Source: Octopus sinensis
Lineage: Eukaryota
DNA length: 64,000 bases
Assembly: GCF_006345805.1 (NCBI RefSeq)
Contig: NC_043006.1
Location: 65,782,001-65,846,000, forward strand
Direction of reading: 5' to 3'
Positions 38,578-50,393 of this stretch are shown here, in pieces; within the stretch, counting starts at the first letter, position 1; each line of letters starts with the position of its first letter. The notes below the pieces were generated by a model. It did not search any database and was not told where the DNA came from. It worked only from the letters and a program-made list of their open reading frames with translations. A program made the translations under genes and the position numbers.

Positions 38578-39075
38578 TGCTGGTGACACATAAAAAGCAC
38601 CATCTGATTGTAGTTGATGCAAGGTCCGCCTAACTGGCTCCCATGCTGGTGGCACATAAAATGCCCCATCCGAACGTGGCTGATGCCAGTAACCCCTGAC
38701 TGGCTCTCATGCTGGTGCCTCATAAAATCACTATTCGGACATGACTGATGTCAGTAGCCCCTGACTGGTTCCCATGCCGGTGGCAGATAAAAATCACTAT
38801 CTGAATGTGGCTTATGCCAGTACCTCCTGACTAGATCCCATACAAGTGTAACATAAAAAGCAGCATCCGAACGTAGCAGATGCCAGTAAACCCTGACTGG
38901 CCTCATGCTGGCGGCACATAAAAAGCACCGTCCAAACGTGGCCGATGCCAGTACCCTGACAGGCCCCCATGCTGGTGGCATGTAAAAAGCACTATCTGAA
39001 CATGATTGATGTCAGGCCCACCTGACTGACTTCTGTGTTGGTGGCACGTAAAAAGCACCCACTACACTCTCGGAG
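38578..39075 (+). repeat. About 65-bp tandem array inside the RTE 3' UTR (7 full units)
   Basis: Repeated CATGCTGGTGGCACATAAAAAGCACC...GATGCCAGTA...CCTGACTGG, followed by the RTE 3' end and (GAT)n. Confidence 0.8.
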
Positions 39076-39249
39076 TGGTTGGTGTTTGGAAAGGCATCCA
39101 GCTCTAGAAACATTGCCAGATCAGATTGGAGCCTGCTGCAGTCACTGGCTCTCCAGACCTCAGTCAAACCGTCCAACCCATGCCAGCATGGAAAAACGGA
39201 CGTTAAACGATGATGATGATGAATTTCATTTGTTGAAATGGTGTTTGAC

Positions 39250-40330
39250 TACTTTCATTCTGAGTGAGAGCCCCTTAGTTGCCAGCAGAGGTAGGAGCTC
39301 CCTGAACTTTGCCTAGACTAGTCTTATTCTAGCCACTACACTCTCAGAGAAACCACCCCCACTACAGACTTGGTTGCCTAGGTAGCAGAAGCTATCAACT
39401 ACTTCTAGTTTCTCCCCTTAGCGTGTGATGGAATCTGTTTTCTGGACATCTTCAGTGTTTATTGCCCCTGTGCATCTGCCACACACAAAAACTGTCTTCA
39501 TGGTTAACCATCCTTTGATATTGCTGCACCTTTTATGTGTCCATAGCTTACACTGGATACATTGTAAGGAGTTTCTACCCACACCTTTTCTCCAGATCGA
39601 GCATGGCCATTTACCTAAAGGGATTTGTGATTTGTCAGCCTTCCTACTTACTAAGACTTTGGTTGTTGTTAGGTTAACCCTAAGGCCCTTCGATTCTTGA
39701 CCTTGCTTCCACACCCTAAACTTCGTCAGGGCAGTCTGTCTTGAATTCCCCTGTTATTGCCTGGAGGGTTATGATGAATAAGAGGGGGCTGAGGACTGAT
39801 CCTTGGTGAACCCCTACTTCTATCTGGAATTCTTCACTATACTTGTTGCGGACCCTCACCTTACTGACAGCATCCCTGTACAGTGACTGCACTGTTCTTA
39901 CCAACCACTCGTCTATCCCCAGTTTCTGCATTGACCACCGGATAAGGGATGAGGGGACCCTGTCAAAAGCTTTCTCCAAGTCAACAAAAGCCAAGTACAG
40001 AGGTTTATCTTTGGCTAGAAATTACTCCAGAAATATAGCATCAGTGGCAGAAAACCAAACTGCATCTCATCTAGGCTAACTCTCTCCCTAACTGGTTTGG
40101 CTATGACCCTCTCTGTAACTTTCATCACCCGATCCAATAATTTGATATCCCTATAGTTATTTCTATCTAAAGTATCACATTTACCCTTGTAGCTGTTGAC
40201 TATGGTGCTACTACACCAGTAATTGGGTATGACTCCTTCATGGATAACCTGATTTACTATGCGGGTAACAAAACCATAACTCACACCGCCCGATATTTTA
40301 AGCATTCAGAGGTGATTCCTGATGGGCCAG
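39250..40330 (-). mobile_element. RTE-clade LINE fragment (RT + PHD-like Cys cluster), degenerate
   Basis: NYRDIKLL, AFVDLEKAFDRVP and GVHQGSVLSPLLF, then KWPCSIWRKGVGRNSLQCIQCKLWTHKRCS...VCGRC. Stops and frameshifts present. Confidence 0.88.
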
Positions 40331-40433
40331 GTGCTTTCCCTGTCTTCATATATATATTTATATATGTGTACATATACATATGCAGATACACATGTATAAT
40401 ATATATATATGTTTATATATGTATATATATAAA

Positions 40434-40666
40434 GGCAGAGAGCTGGCAGAATCATTAGCACGCTGGGCAAAATGCTTAGTGGTATTTCGTCTGCTGTTAC
40501 GTTCTGAGTTCAAATTTTGCCCTGGTCGACTTTGCCTTTCATCCTTTCGGGGTCGATAAATTAAGTACCAGTTACACACTGGTGTTGATGTAATCGACAT
40601 AATCCCTTTGTCTGTCCTTGTTTGTCCCCTCTATGTTTAGCCCCTTGTGGGCAATAAAGAAATAAG
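40434..40666 (+). mobile_element. tRNA-derived SINE, full length, with Tx1-like 3' tail
   Basis: A-box-like TGGCAGAATC and B-box-like GAGTTCAAATT. Ends TTTGTCCCCTCTATGTTTAGCCCCTTGTGGGCAATAAAGAAATAAG. Relatives near 1380-1570, 6860-7050 and 63680-63870. Confidence 0.7.
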
Positions 40667-41932
40667 AATCGTTAGCATGCCAGGCCAAATGCTTTGTGAC
40701 ATTTCACCATCTTAATGTTCTTTGTTCAAATTTGCCTTTCATCCTTTCAGGGTCATTAAATTAAGTACCAGTTGAACACTGGGGGTCAATGTAACCGACT
40801 AGCTTATCTCCACCAAAACTGCTGGCCTTGTATGAAAATTTGAAGCCAATATTTTATAGTGAATTTTTGAAGGAATTGGTGTTGAATAAATTGGGCCAAA
40901 GAACATAAAATGTGATAGCAAAATCACTCAACTAGTAGACTAAATAAATAAAGTGTTACTAAGTAAATTAAGAGGGTTAATGCTGTGTTTGTTTGTGTTC
41001 AGCTTTTGAGAAAGCCAGAAGGTTCTACACACACACTCACACACAAACGTCACCTGTTGATTTCAATAACAAAGTCAAGTCATTTGGTTCTAAAAATAGA
41101 ATTTTGCATATTTGAACTGTCTACCTGGAGCACACCTGTACCTATTTGTTAAAGTAGCAGATTGAGTCATAGTAGGCAGGAAATAACATTTCTTCAAGTT
41201 TCTTGTTAGGTATGATGTGAAGGCTATCACGACTGGACTGACTGTACTATTAGCCAATGTAGTTGTTGTTATCGTTGCTGTTTAACCCCATGGTGACCCT
41301 GGTCCACCAGATTTATGATCAAAAGCTTGTCAGCCAAGACCATCTTGTCTTTTCATATACAATGTATCTAGGACTACATTATCTAGTATGTCCTATTTTT
41401 AAAACAGTATGATGTGAATTATAAGACATTTGGCTGTTATTTCTAGAAGTTTGAGTGACCAAGTAAAGGCTGCCTTACTGGCTCAGAGTTTTCTTTAGGG
41501 TGTGATGTCAGGGCTATCATGGTAGTACTACAAGGAAAGGAAGTTGCTGAAGTTATTACTTAGTCCTCCTGCTCCCACCCCAGTTACTTTTGATTGAGTA
41601 ATGTTTATTGTTTTTGTTTAGCCACAGGTCCTTCTTGCTGCTATTTCTAGCAGGCCAAGCAACCACATAGAGGCCTTCTCACTGACTCATGTCAGAACTG
41701 GTAGAGCACCAGAAAAAACACCTTGGTGGCATTAATTTCTGTATTCTACATTCTGAAGACAAATCTTATTGAAGATCAAATTACACAATGACTTATTCAT
41801 GTGAATTACATTTCACCGGTAAGTACAGGTGTGGCTTGTTTCACAATTACGTGTCTTCTAATATAACCTTGGGCTGACCAAAGCATTGTGAGTGGATTTG
41901 GTAGACAGAAACTGAAAGAAGCCTGTTGCATA

Positions 41933-42548
41933 TCTATCTATCTATCTTTTTATCGAACTATCTATCTAGCTAAGTGTCTATCTGTCTGTCTGTCTATCTA
42001 TCTATCTGTTTATCTATCTATTTGTTTGTCTATCTATCTATCTATCTAGCTAGCTATGTGTCTGTCTATCTACCTATCTATCTACTTACCTACCTGTCTA
42101 TCTACCTATCTATCTACCAACCTACCTACCTATCTGTCTATCAATCTTTTTATTGAACTATCTATGTGTCTATCTATCTATCTGTTTGTCTATCTATCTA
42201 TCTATCTATCTATCTATGTGTCTGTCTATCTACCTACCTATCTACTTACCTACCTGTCTATCTACCAACCTACCTACCTATCTATCTATCTATCTTTTTG
42301 TCTATCAATCTATCTATCTTTTTATTGAACTATCTATCTATGTGTCTATCTGTCTATCTATCTATCTGTTTATCTATCTATTTGTTTGTCTATCTATCTA
42401 TCTAGCTATGTGTCTGTCTATCTACCTATCTATCTACTTACCTACCTGTCTATCTACCTATCTATCTACCAACCTACCTACCTATCTATCTATCTGTCTA
42501 TCAATCTTTTTATTGAACTATCTATGTGTCTATCTGTCTATCTGTTTG

Positions 42549-42617
<69 letters not shown>

Positions 42618-42750
42618 GTGTCTGTCTATCTACCTATCTATCTACCTGTCTATCTACCTATCTATCTACCAACCTACCTACCTATCTATCTATCTTTTTG
42701 TCTATCAATCTATCTATCTTTTTATTGAACTATCTATCTATGTGTCTATC
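41933..42750 (+). repeat. (TCTA)n-derived higher-order repeat
   Basis: TTTTTAT(C/T)GAACTATCTAT and CTACCAACCTACC blocks recur about 5 times within TCTA. Confidence 0.9.
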
Positions 42751-44459
42751 ACGAGAGCTGGGATGCGGGAGGAGCGTGTCTGCATACGCGGATGACGTCA
42801 CCGTCATAGTGTCGAGCTACGAGCACATCGAGCTGGTCGGCGAGACACTGAAAGAATACGAAGCGGTAACGGGAGCAAAAATTAACCGGGAAAAGTCAGT
42901 GGGCTTGCGGCTCGGCACCTGGAGAAGCAAGCCCATGCCGTCCAACAGCGTCTCCATCGTGGGACGCTGGACGACGGACCGGTTAAATTGCTCGGGGTCT
43001 GGTTCGGTCCGGACCTCCAAATGGAGAAGAACTGGGGCGAGATAACGACTAGGGTGGCTACTCTCACCCAGAAATGGACTGAGAGAAAGCTATCCCTAAA
43101 AGGTCGGGCGGAGGTGGCAAACGCGTACATCGCATCCGTCATCGAGTATCGTCTGACCGTCGTGCCTTGTCCCGACCCTACCATCACCAAACTGGAACGC
43201 ATACTCTTCCGCTTCTTGTGGAAGGGAAACGTTCCGATGGTTAGGCGATCCATTTGCTGCCAACACCCGCTAAATGGAGGGCTGGGCATGCCGTGGTTGA
43301 TGATGCGCAGACATGCGCTGAGACTGCGACATCTCCGGCGCTTCATAGACAACGGTGAACAGGGGTGGTCGCCTTTTGTGCGGCGCGCTTTCCCGCAGCT
43401 CGTCTCCTTGGACGAACTACAGTCATGGATCAAGCAGAGACCGAGGCTAGGCGAATGGCACCGCGAGTGTCGCGTTGCTCTCAAGCAACTCTGCCGTCCG
43501 GGATCGAACTTGTGCGACTCCATCACAACAAAGGCATTCTATAGAGGATTAGTGGAGGGGAGGTGCGACGACGAACTCGGGCAGAGTCTGGGCGTCGACG
43601 AGGAACACCTGACCCGCCTGTTCAGGACAACTTTCGGGCCGGGACCTATGAACAATCACCAAAGATCCCTGGCCTGGCAGTGCTATCGAGAAGCATTACC
43701 TGTTCGGGATAAGCTCTACAGACACGGTTCCAGACACACTGGACCGACTTGCCCGAGATGCGGTCAGAGCGACGAAACCGTTCTGCACGCACTCGTGCAA
43801 TGTCCAACCATTTCCGACCTGTGGGCTTATGCCGAACGGCTGCTGTCACGTGTGGGACGAATCCGCCTATCGGCCGAGTCTATCGTGAGAATTGCTCTGC
43901 CCCCTTCCCTCAACCGGGAAGGCAAGGCAGTTTTCATCGTACTGGTGGCCATGGTGAAAGAATGTGTGTGGTGGACTCGAGCGAAAGGATTAGAGACAAA
44001 CACTTACCTCTCTGGCCAATCGCTCATCAACTTTTTCAAGTACCACTTGAAAAGGAAGGTGAGAATGGAGAGGGAAGTTTTGTCTCGCGAAAGATTAAAA
44101 AAAAGATGGGTGAATGTTGCAAAGATGGTGCGTGCTAGTAACGAAACCATTTTGAGCATGATCCTGTAGATCGTAAAAAAGAAAGAAAGAGAGCATTTTT
44201 GACCTCATGTGTCTATTTCCTCCCTGACTGGGGTTCCCGTGGTCTTTTCTGTAGGCTTTTCTTCCCACGGATGAACCCAATCTTGTTATATCAATGTTTA
44301 CACCATTATTTCTGTGATACACGATTTTCTTTTTTTCCTCCTCTCGATCCCTTTTGATCGCAATCTTACATTTTTTTTTTTTTTCCACCCTCGAAAAGAA
44401 AAGCTCTGCATTTGTATTTGTCCCCTCTGTATTCAGCCCTGTGTGGCTAATAAAAGAAA
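42751..44459 (+). mobile_element. 5'-truncated L1/Tx1-clade non-LTR retrotransposon (RT C-terminus + zf-RVT), one frameshift
   Basis: YADD at 42785-42796, then [20 protein letters not shown] and the CCHC finger CPRCGQSDETVLHALVQCP. 1-nt frameshift near 42970. Stop at 44169, AATAAA at 44449-44454. GC-rich, flanked by (TCTA)n. Confidence 0.9.
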
Positions 44460-44489
44460 GTTATCTACCTACCTATCTACATTACCTGC

Positions 44490-44527
<38 letters not shown>

Positions 44528-46249
44528 CTATCTATCTATCAATCTATCTATCTTCTATCGATCTATCTATCTATATATCTGCCTGCCTGCATGCCTATCT
44601 GTCTGTCATAGATAGATAGAAATGTGAGGGAAGAAAACAAAGGAAAACCTGAAGGGAGGCAAAAAACATGTCTGGATTAATGATCTCATGTGCTGAAATG
44701 CGACAGATAGATTAATATACAACAAACTTCTTTCAGTTTCTGTCTACCAAGTCCACTCACAACGCTTTGGTCAGCCCAAGGTAAAAGACATGTAATTGTG
44801 AAGCATGTTTCTTATCACACAGCCTATCAGTAAAAAGTAATTCCATTGAATAAGACATTGTGTAATTCTGGGTCATTGAGGGAGTTTCTGTGTCAGTTGT
44901 GGGCGAAGTGCGACTCACAGGACTTTGTGAATGGCACACCTAATGAAAAATTAACTTGATTTTTTTTTAGCAGAGCAGCCCCCACCTGGTGACAAGCCAT
45001 GTCTCATGTGATCCCTTTCTCAAAAAGAATTGCCCATACCTACTCTACATAGTCAACTTACAAGAAAAGTCTGTTCAGTTAGGGCTCACCTGGGGTTAAA
45101 CAGTAATGCCAACTATGAGCAAGTTCACTGACATCATCACCACCACCACCACCATCATCATCACCATCTCCTTCATTGCCATTGCCTTCACCACCACCAC
45201 CACCACCACCACCACCACCATCACTACTATACTACTACCATCACTACTACCACCGCCACCACCACCACCACAGAATAAAAGAAAAATATCTTCAGTTGAA
45301 TTATTTTATGAACTTTGAACAGAATTTACAAAATAAAGTGATTTAGAGGGATGTAGTAGGTGTTTAAAAATGTACAGTGGTGGTGGTCATAGTGGTAGTG
45401 GGGATATAGGGTGGGTGTGGGGATGAGGGAAATACTGTGATCAACAGGTGCTTGTAGTAGATCTTGCAATTTCCAGTGACATAGTTCTGTTCACAATTGG
45501 GGTCAACATGGGCAAAATATTTCACTAACTGGCCTACATTAACATGTAAACCACACACACACACACATTCATACATGTAAACACACCTGTACACATAGCT
45601 ACATGATTATGTCACAGTTATTCCTTAAAATTTATAGACAGTCTTTTACACAGGGCTAAACTAGATTAGAAAAAAAACACACTTCACACAGCAAAATAAT
45701 GAAAAATAATACATTCATGCATATATCATCATCATCATCATAGGTTTGACTGAAGTCTGGAGAGCCAGAAGGCTGCCCCAGGCTCCAGTCTGATCTGGCA
45801 CATAAAAAGCACTATCCAAACATGATCGATGTCACGCCCACCTGACTGTCTCCCATGCTGGATACCCTTCCTAAAGCCAACCACTCCGAGAGTATAGTGG
45901 GTGCTTTTTACGTGCCACCAGCTTGGGAGACAGTCAGGTGGGCGTGACATCGATCATGTTTGGATAGTGCTTTTTATGTGCCACCAGCATGGAAGCCAGT
46001 CAGGGGGAACTGGCATTGACCATATTCAGATGATGCATTTTACATGCCACTGAACCAGGAGCCAGTCAGGAGTACTGGCCACAGCAACATTTTGGTTTTA
46101 CTCGACTCAACAGGTTTTCTCAAGCATATCATATCATATCACCCAACACATCAAGGGTACTCTTAAATGGGCTGGACATACAACATTGGCATCAGCCATA
46201 GCTGCAATCTCACTTTAGTTGTCGAGTTTTCTCAATCATAACTTATCTC

Positions 46250-46825
46250 CAAAGGTCTAGGTCTCCTGTCATTGCCACTGTGAGGCCCAACATTCAAAGG
46301 TCATGCTTCACCACCTCATCCCAAGTCTTCCTGGGTCTACCTCTACCACAGGTTCCTTCCACAGTTAGGGTGTCCTTATCCATACATAACACATGACCAT
46401 ACCAGCACAGTCGCCTCTCTTGCACACTACATTTGATACCTCTTATGCCCAACTTTTCTTTCAGGGCACTTACACTCTGTTATGTATGCACACTGACATT
46501 ACACATGCAGTGGATCATACTAGCATCATTTCTTTCAAGCCTACACATGTCCTCAGCATTCATGGCCCATGATTCACTGCCGTGTAGCATGGCAGTTTAC
46601 ACACATGCATCATACTCTCTACCTTTCATCCTGAGTGAGAGCCCCTTAGATTGCCAGCAGAGGTAGGAGTTCCCTGAACTTTGCCTAGACTATTCTTATT
46701 CTAACCACTACACTCTCAGAGAAACCACTCCACTACAGACTTAGTTGCCTAGGTAGCAGAAGCTATCAACTACTTCTAGTTTCTCCCCTTGGTGTGTGAT
46801 GGAATCTGTTTTCTGTACATCTTCA
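46250..46825 (-). mobile_element. RTE LINE fragment
   Basis: 46630-46810 matches 39250-39450. C-terminal GRGRPRKTWDEVVKHD-like segment. Confidence 0.75.
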
Positions 46826-46829
46826 GTGT

Positions 46830-47489
46830 TTATACTCGGCCAGTGGTTGGAAATGAGGTAAAGGATGACTCGTCTGAGAAAATAACATTCTTCCACTGCT
46901 CTAGGGACCAATTCTGTAGGTTTTTACTCCACTCTAAATACTTTGCAATGTTTGTTTTTGAAAGTAGTGGTTTTTTGATTGCAGCCCTCCCATGATATCC
47001 AGCTTTGTGTAGCACCCGGTGAACAGTTTTTGTAGAAATTTGGTTCTCTAGGTGGTCATTAAGCTCTGCAGTAATTTTGGGAGCTGTACCTGTGTGATCC
47101 TTTCTAACAATTTGCATAAGAGTCTGATGGTCCCTATCTGAAAGCTTTGGTTTTCTTCCAGGGTTTTGTTTTGACAAAGAGGTATTTCCCTCTTTCTCAA
47201 AGGCTGTCGCTACTTTCAAGGCAGTGCATCTTGATACACCAAACATTTTATCTGTTTTGGTTACGCTAGACCCTGCCATATGAGCACCAACAATTTAACC
47301 TCTCTGAAAGTCTGATAGATCTGTCATTTTAATGAATTTTAATTACTTTTTTCTGATGATATCTGAAAAGAAACAACAATTTTAGCAAAACATTAAAAAC
47401 ATAAAAATAAACAAGCTTTTGGTGATTTTATGATTTTATAGATATTTCAAAATTATGATGCCAGGTGTTCCCATTATTTTGTCCAACCC

Positions 47490-47492
<3 letters not shown>
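46830..47492 (-). mobile_element. Tc1 transposon 5' part (TIR + transposase N-terminus)
   Basis: Minus TA|CAGGGGTTGGACAAAATAATGGGAACACC. ORF with PGRKPKLS, KTVHRVLH, WKNVIFSDES. Confidence 0.88.
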
Positions 47493-47526
<34 letters not shown>

Positions 47527-47830
47527 TGTATTTTTCCCTTGTTAACAATTAACACGGAAAAAAATAGATAAATAATTACCAGGGTAGCAAAAAATCACAT
47601 AAGTAAAGAGGTTGTAACTCCTTGTTTTTAAAGGTAGAAACTTCAGGTTTACGTGGAATTTTTTGTGTCGGAAGTAAAAATATTTGAATTATACCTGCGT
47701 TAAACTCCATTTATTTATATATATATATATATATAGGGAAGGTTTATGAAAATAAACTAAAGACGAAGGCAGGTGGAGTACAAACAAACAAATGTATTAG
47801 TATAGCGCTCAGGAATAGAAATAGAAAAAG

Positions 47831-47868
47831 TCTTTTACGTTTCGAGCCTACACTCTTCAACAGAAAGA
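47831..47868 (-). ncRNA. Minimal hammerhead-like motif (CTGTTGA core), best-preserved copy
   Basis: Minus: TCTTT-CTGTTGA-A-GAGT gtag GCTC-GAA-ACGT-A-AAAGA. 5-bp stem I, intact ACGT palindrome. Confidence 0.55.
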
Positions 47869-48579
47869 TACACAGAAGAAAACAAGGAGAGAAACATATA
47901 TATGAGGATGCCTGGCCTGGTAGTTAGGGTGTTGCACTCACAGTCATGAGATTGTGGTTTCAGTTCCTAGACTAGGTGATGCTGTGTGTTCTTGCACAAA
48001 ACTCTTCTTCCCACATTGCTCTGCAATCACTTCAACACTTGACACATGGTACACCATGCATCCATTCAGGCAACATCAATATGATGTGGGGATTGAGTTA
48101 ATGAACAGCACATACTTTTAAATCACTATAGACAAATCATTTATGCAGGTTGTTTGGCTAAATCTGAACACTCGTATGTTGTCTTCGACAGGAGAGTCTG
48201 TGTTTGAGGAGACCTATTGAGCCAAGTACATCAAAATCAACATCAAAATAAAAATCAAATGGAAATTGTAGTTGGATACACGTTCCAGTGGCAGGTAAAA
48301 AGCACCATCCAAACGTGGCCAATGCCAGTGCCGCCTTGACTGGCTTCCGTGCCGGTGGAACGTAAAAGGCACCAAATAATCGTGGCTATTGCCAGCCCCC
48401 TCTGGCCCCTGTGCTGGTGGCACATAAAAAGCATCCACTACACTCACAGAGTGGTTGGAATTAGAAACACTGCCAGATCAGACTGGAGCCTGGTGCAGCC
48501 TCCTGGCTTCCTAGACCCCGGTTGAACCGTCCAACCTATGCTAGTATGGAAAATGGATGTTAAACGATGAAATTTCAGG

Positions 48580-49370
48580 TGTGGAAGTAAGGTCAGAAAT
48601 CAAAGACCAATGTCCTAGCAAGTAGGAAAGTAGACAAATCACAAATTCCTTCAGGAGGTGGCCTTGCTCAATATGTAGGAAAGATGTTGATAGAAACTCC
48701 ATATGGTGTACCTGGTGCAAGCTATGCACAGATAAGGGGTGCAGAAGTATCAGAGGAAGTAGTGGCAGATGTGCGGATACAATAAACACTAAGAATGTAC
48801 AGAGAATAGACTTCCTCAAATGTCTGGTGGGGTGGAGATCCTTAGAAGTAGATAGAAGTATCAAGTCCACCAAGTTAGCAGCGGAGGAGGAAGTTCTGAA
48901 AGTGTAGTAGCTAGAATGATATTCTGGGTAAAGGTCAGAGAGCTACTACTTTTACTGGTAACAAAAGGCACCTCCTTTAGAGTGAATGGCAGATTGAATG
49001 ATGTGTGTGTGCTTACAGCTATGCTACATGGCAGAGAAACATGGTTGTGGCTACAGAGGACATGTGAAGGCTTGAAAAAAATTAAGCCAGCATGATCTGC
49101 TGGGTAGGTGATGTTGGTGTGAAAAATTGGGTTGAAGAGGCATTGATTGTAGCATGCAAGAGAAAAAGGCTGTAGTGGTATGGTCATGTGAATGCACATG
49201 GATGAGGCCAGCTGCATGAAGAAAATGTGGAGGGAACATGAGGGTAGATCCAGGAAGACATGGGATGAAGTGATGAAAAAGGATCTGCAGATATTGGATT
49301 CACTGAGGAGAAAACAAAGGACTGAAACCTTAAGTGGTTTGTGCTGTGCTTGAGAAGACACGTTAACCTA
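48580..49370 (+). mobile_element. RTE LINE fragment, degenerate
   Basis: Homologous to the 36.4-kb and 39.4-kb fragments (AGTAGGAAAGTAGACAAATCACAA...; GGTAGATCCAGGAAGACATGGGATGAAGTG). Confidence 0.7.
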
Positions 49371-50345
49371 CATAAAATCATGGCCATCCATACATAAGGG
49401 CAGGTCCTTTACAGCCAAGCCCTCAACTCCCTCTCTCAGCCAAGGCCTTCGCCTTGCATGGCTGATGGTGCCGCATCAAAACTTGTGCCAATTCTGGATA
49501 AAAAGTACCCATGCTGGAACAATTTAAAGCTTTAGAAAATCCATGCTAATGCTTGAATGTTAAAAAAAAAAAAAAAGGGGGTTTTCTTTTCTCCCCATAT
49601 TTTAAACTTTAATGCATATCATATTTAACACTTTAGCATTCTGATTACTCTGTCAAATATAATGCTTATTCATTGTTTGAAATTAATTATGCATTATCTC
49701 GTCGCTCAGAGAGTTCAATGGAATTGTTTATTTTTAGAATGACATTGTAGAGTAGGTGTGAGAAGTCTGATTTGGCAGGTTTAAACAGAGAACAGGAAGA
49801 ATATTCTGGGCTGGTTTAAATGCTAAAAGGTCGATTGGCTTCAAAGACAAAATCTCCAACAATGTCCATTGTCTACATCAGCGGTCGCCAACCGTTTTTG
49901 CACCTCGGACCAATATCATGTAAAACAATATTTCCAAGGACAGAGGGGATCAAAAGCATAACAAAACGAAGTGCATAGTACAGAATCTAATTAATACATA
50001 TATAACACCCTGCAGATTGTGATAGTTGATCTAATAAAAATAAATTTTTAAATTCTTTTCTTGTTTTTGGTGTGGCCCGATGGTTGGGGGAACCCCTCAT
50101 CTACATTATTTACAATTGACGGATATTTGTCCTCATTTTGTTTGTTGTTAACAACGTTTCGGCTGATATACCCTGGGTTCTCATTTCTAAGGTATTTTTC
50201 GATGTTATTATTATTATTATTATTATTCAGGTTAAGAGCGCAGGCTACTAACCGAGATTCTGAGTTCGATTCCAGGCAGTGACCTGAATAATAACAACAT
50301 GGAAAAATACATTAGGAATGAGAACCCAGGTTCGAAATTTCTCCA

Positions 50346-50393
50346 AGACACCTGATGAAAGCTGGAGGGATTATCAGCCGAAATGTTGTGTTT
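50346..50393 (+). ncRNA. Minimal hammerhead motif in a Penelope-like inverted repeat
   Basis: AGACAC-CTGATGA-AAGCTG gagggattat CAGCC-GAAA-TGT-T-GTGTTT. The partial inverted copy near 50155-50175 retains GAAACGTT. Confidence 0.55.

Noticed and set aside
38578-39075. Repeat-spacer-like array resembling CRISPR
   Set aside because: The 'spacers' are homologous to one another, the array is part of the RTE 3' UTR, the context is eukaryotic, and no cas genes are present.
42386-43045. 219-aa ORF as a fusion protein
   Set aside because: The N-terminal part is translated (TCTA)n joined by chance to the 5'-truncated LINE RT frame.
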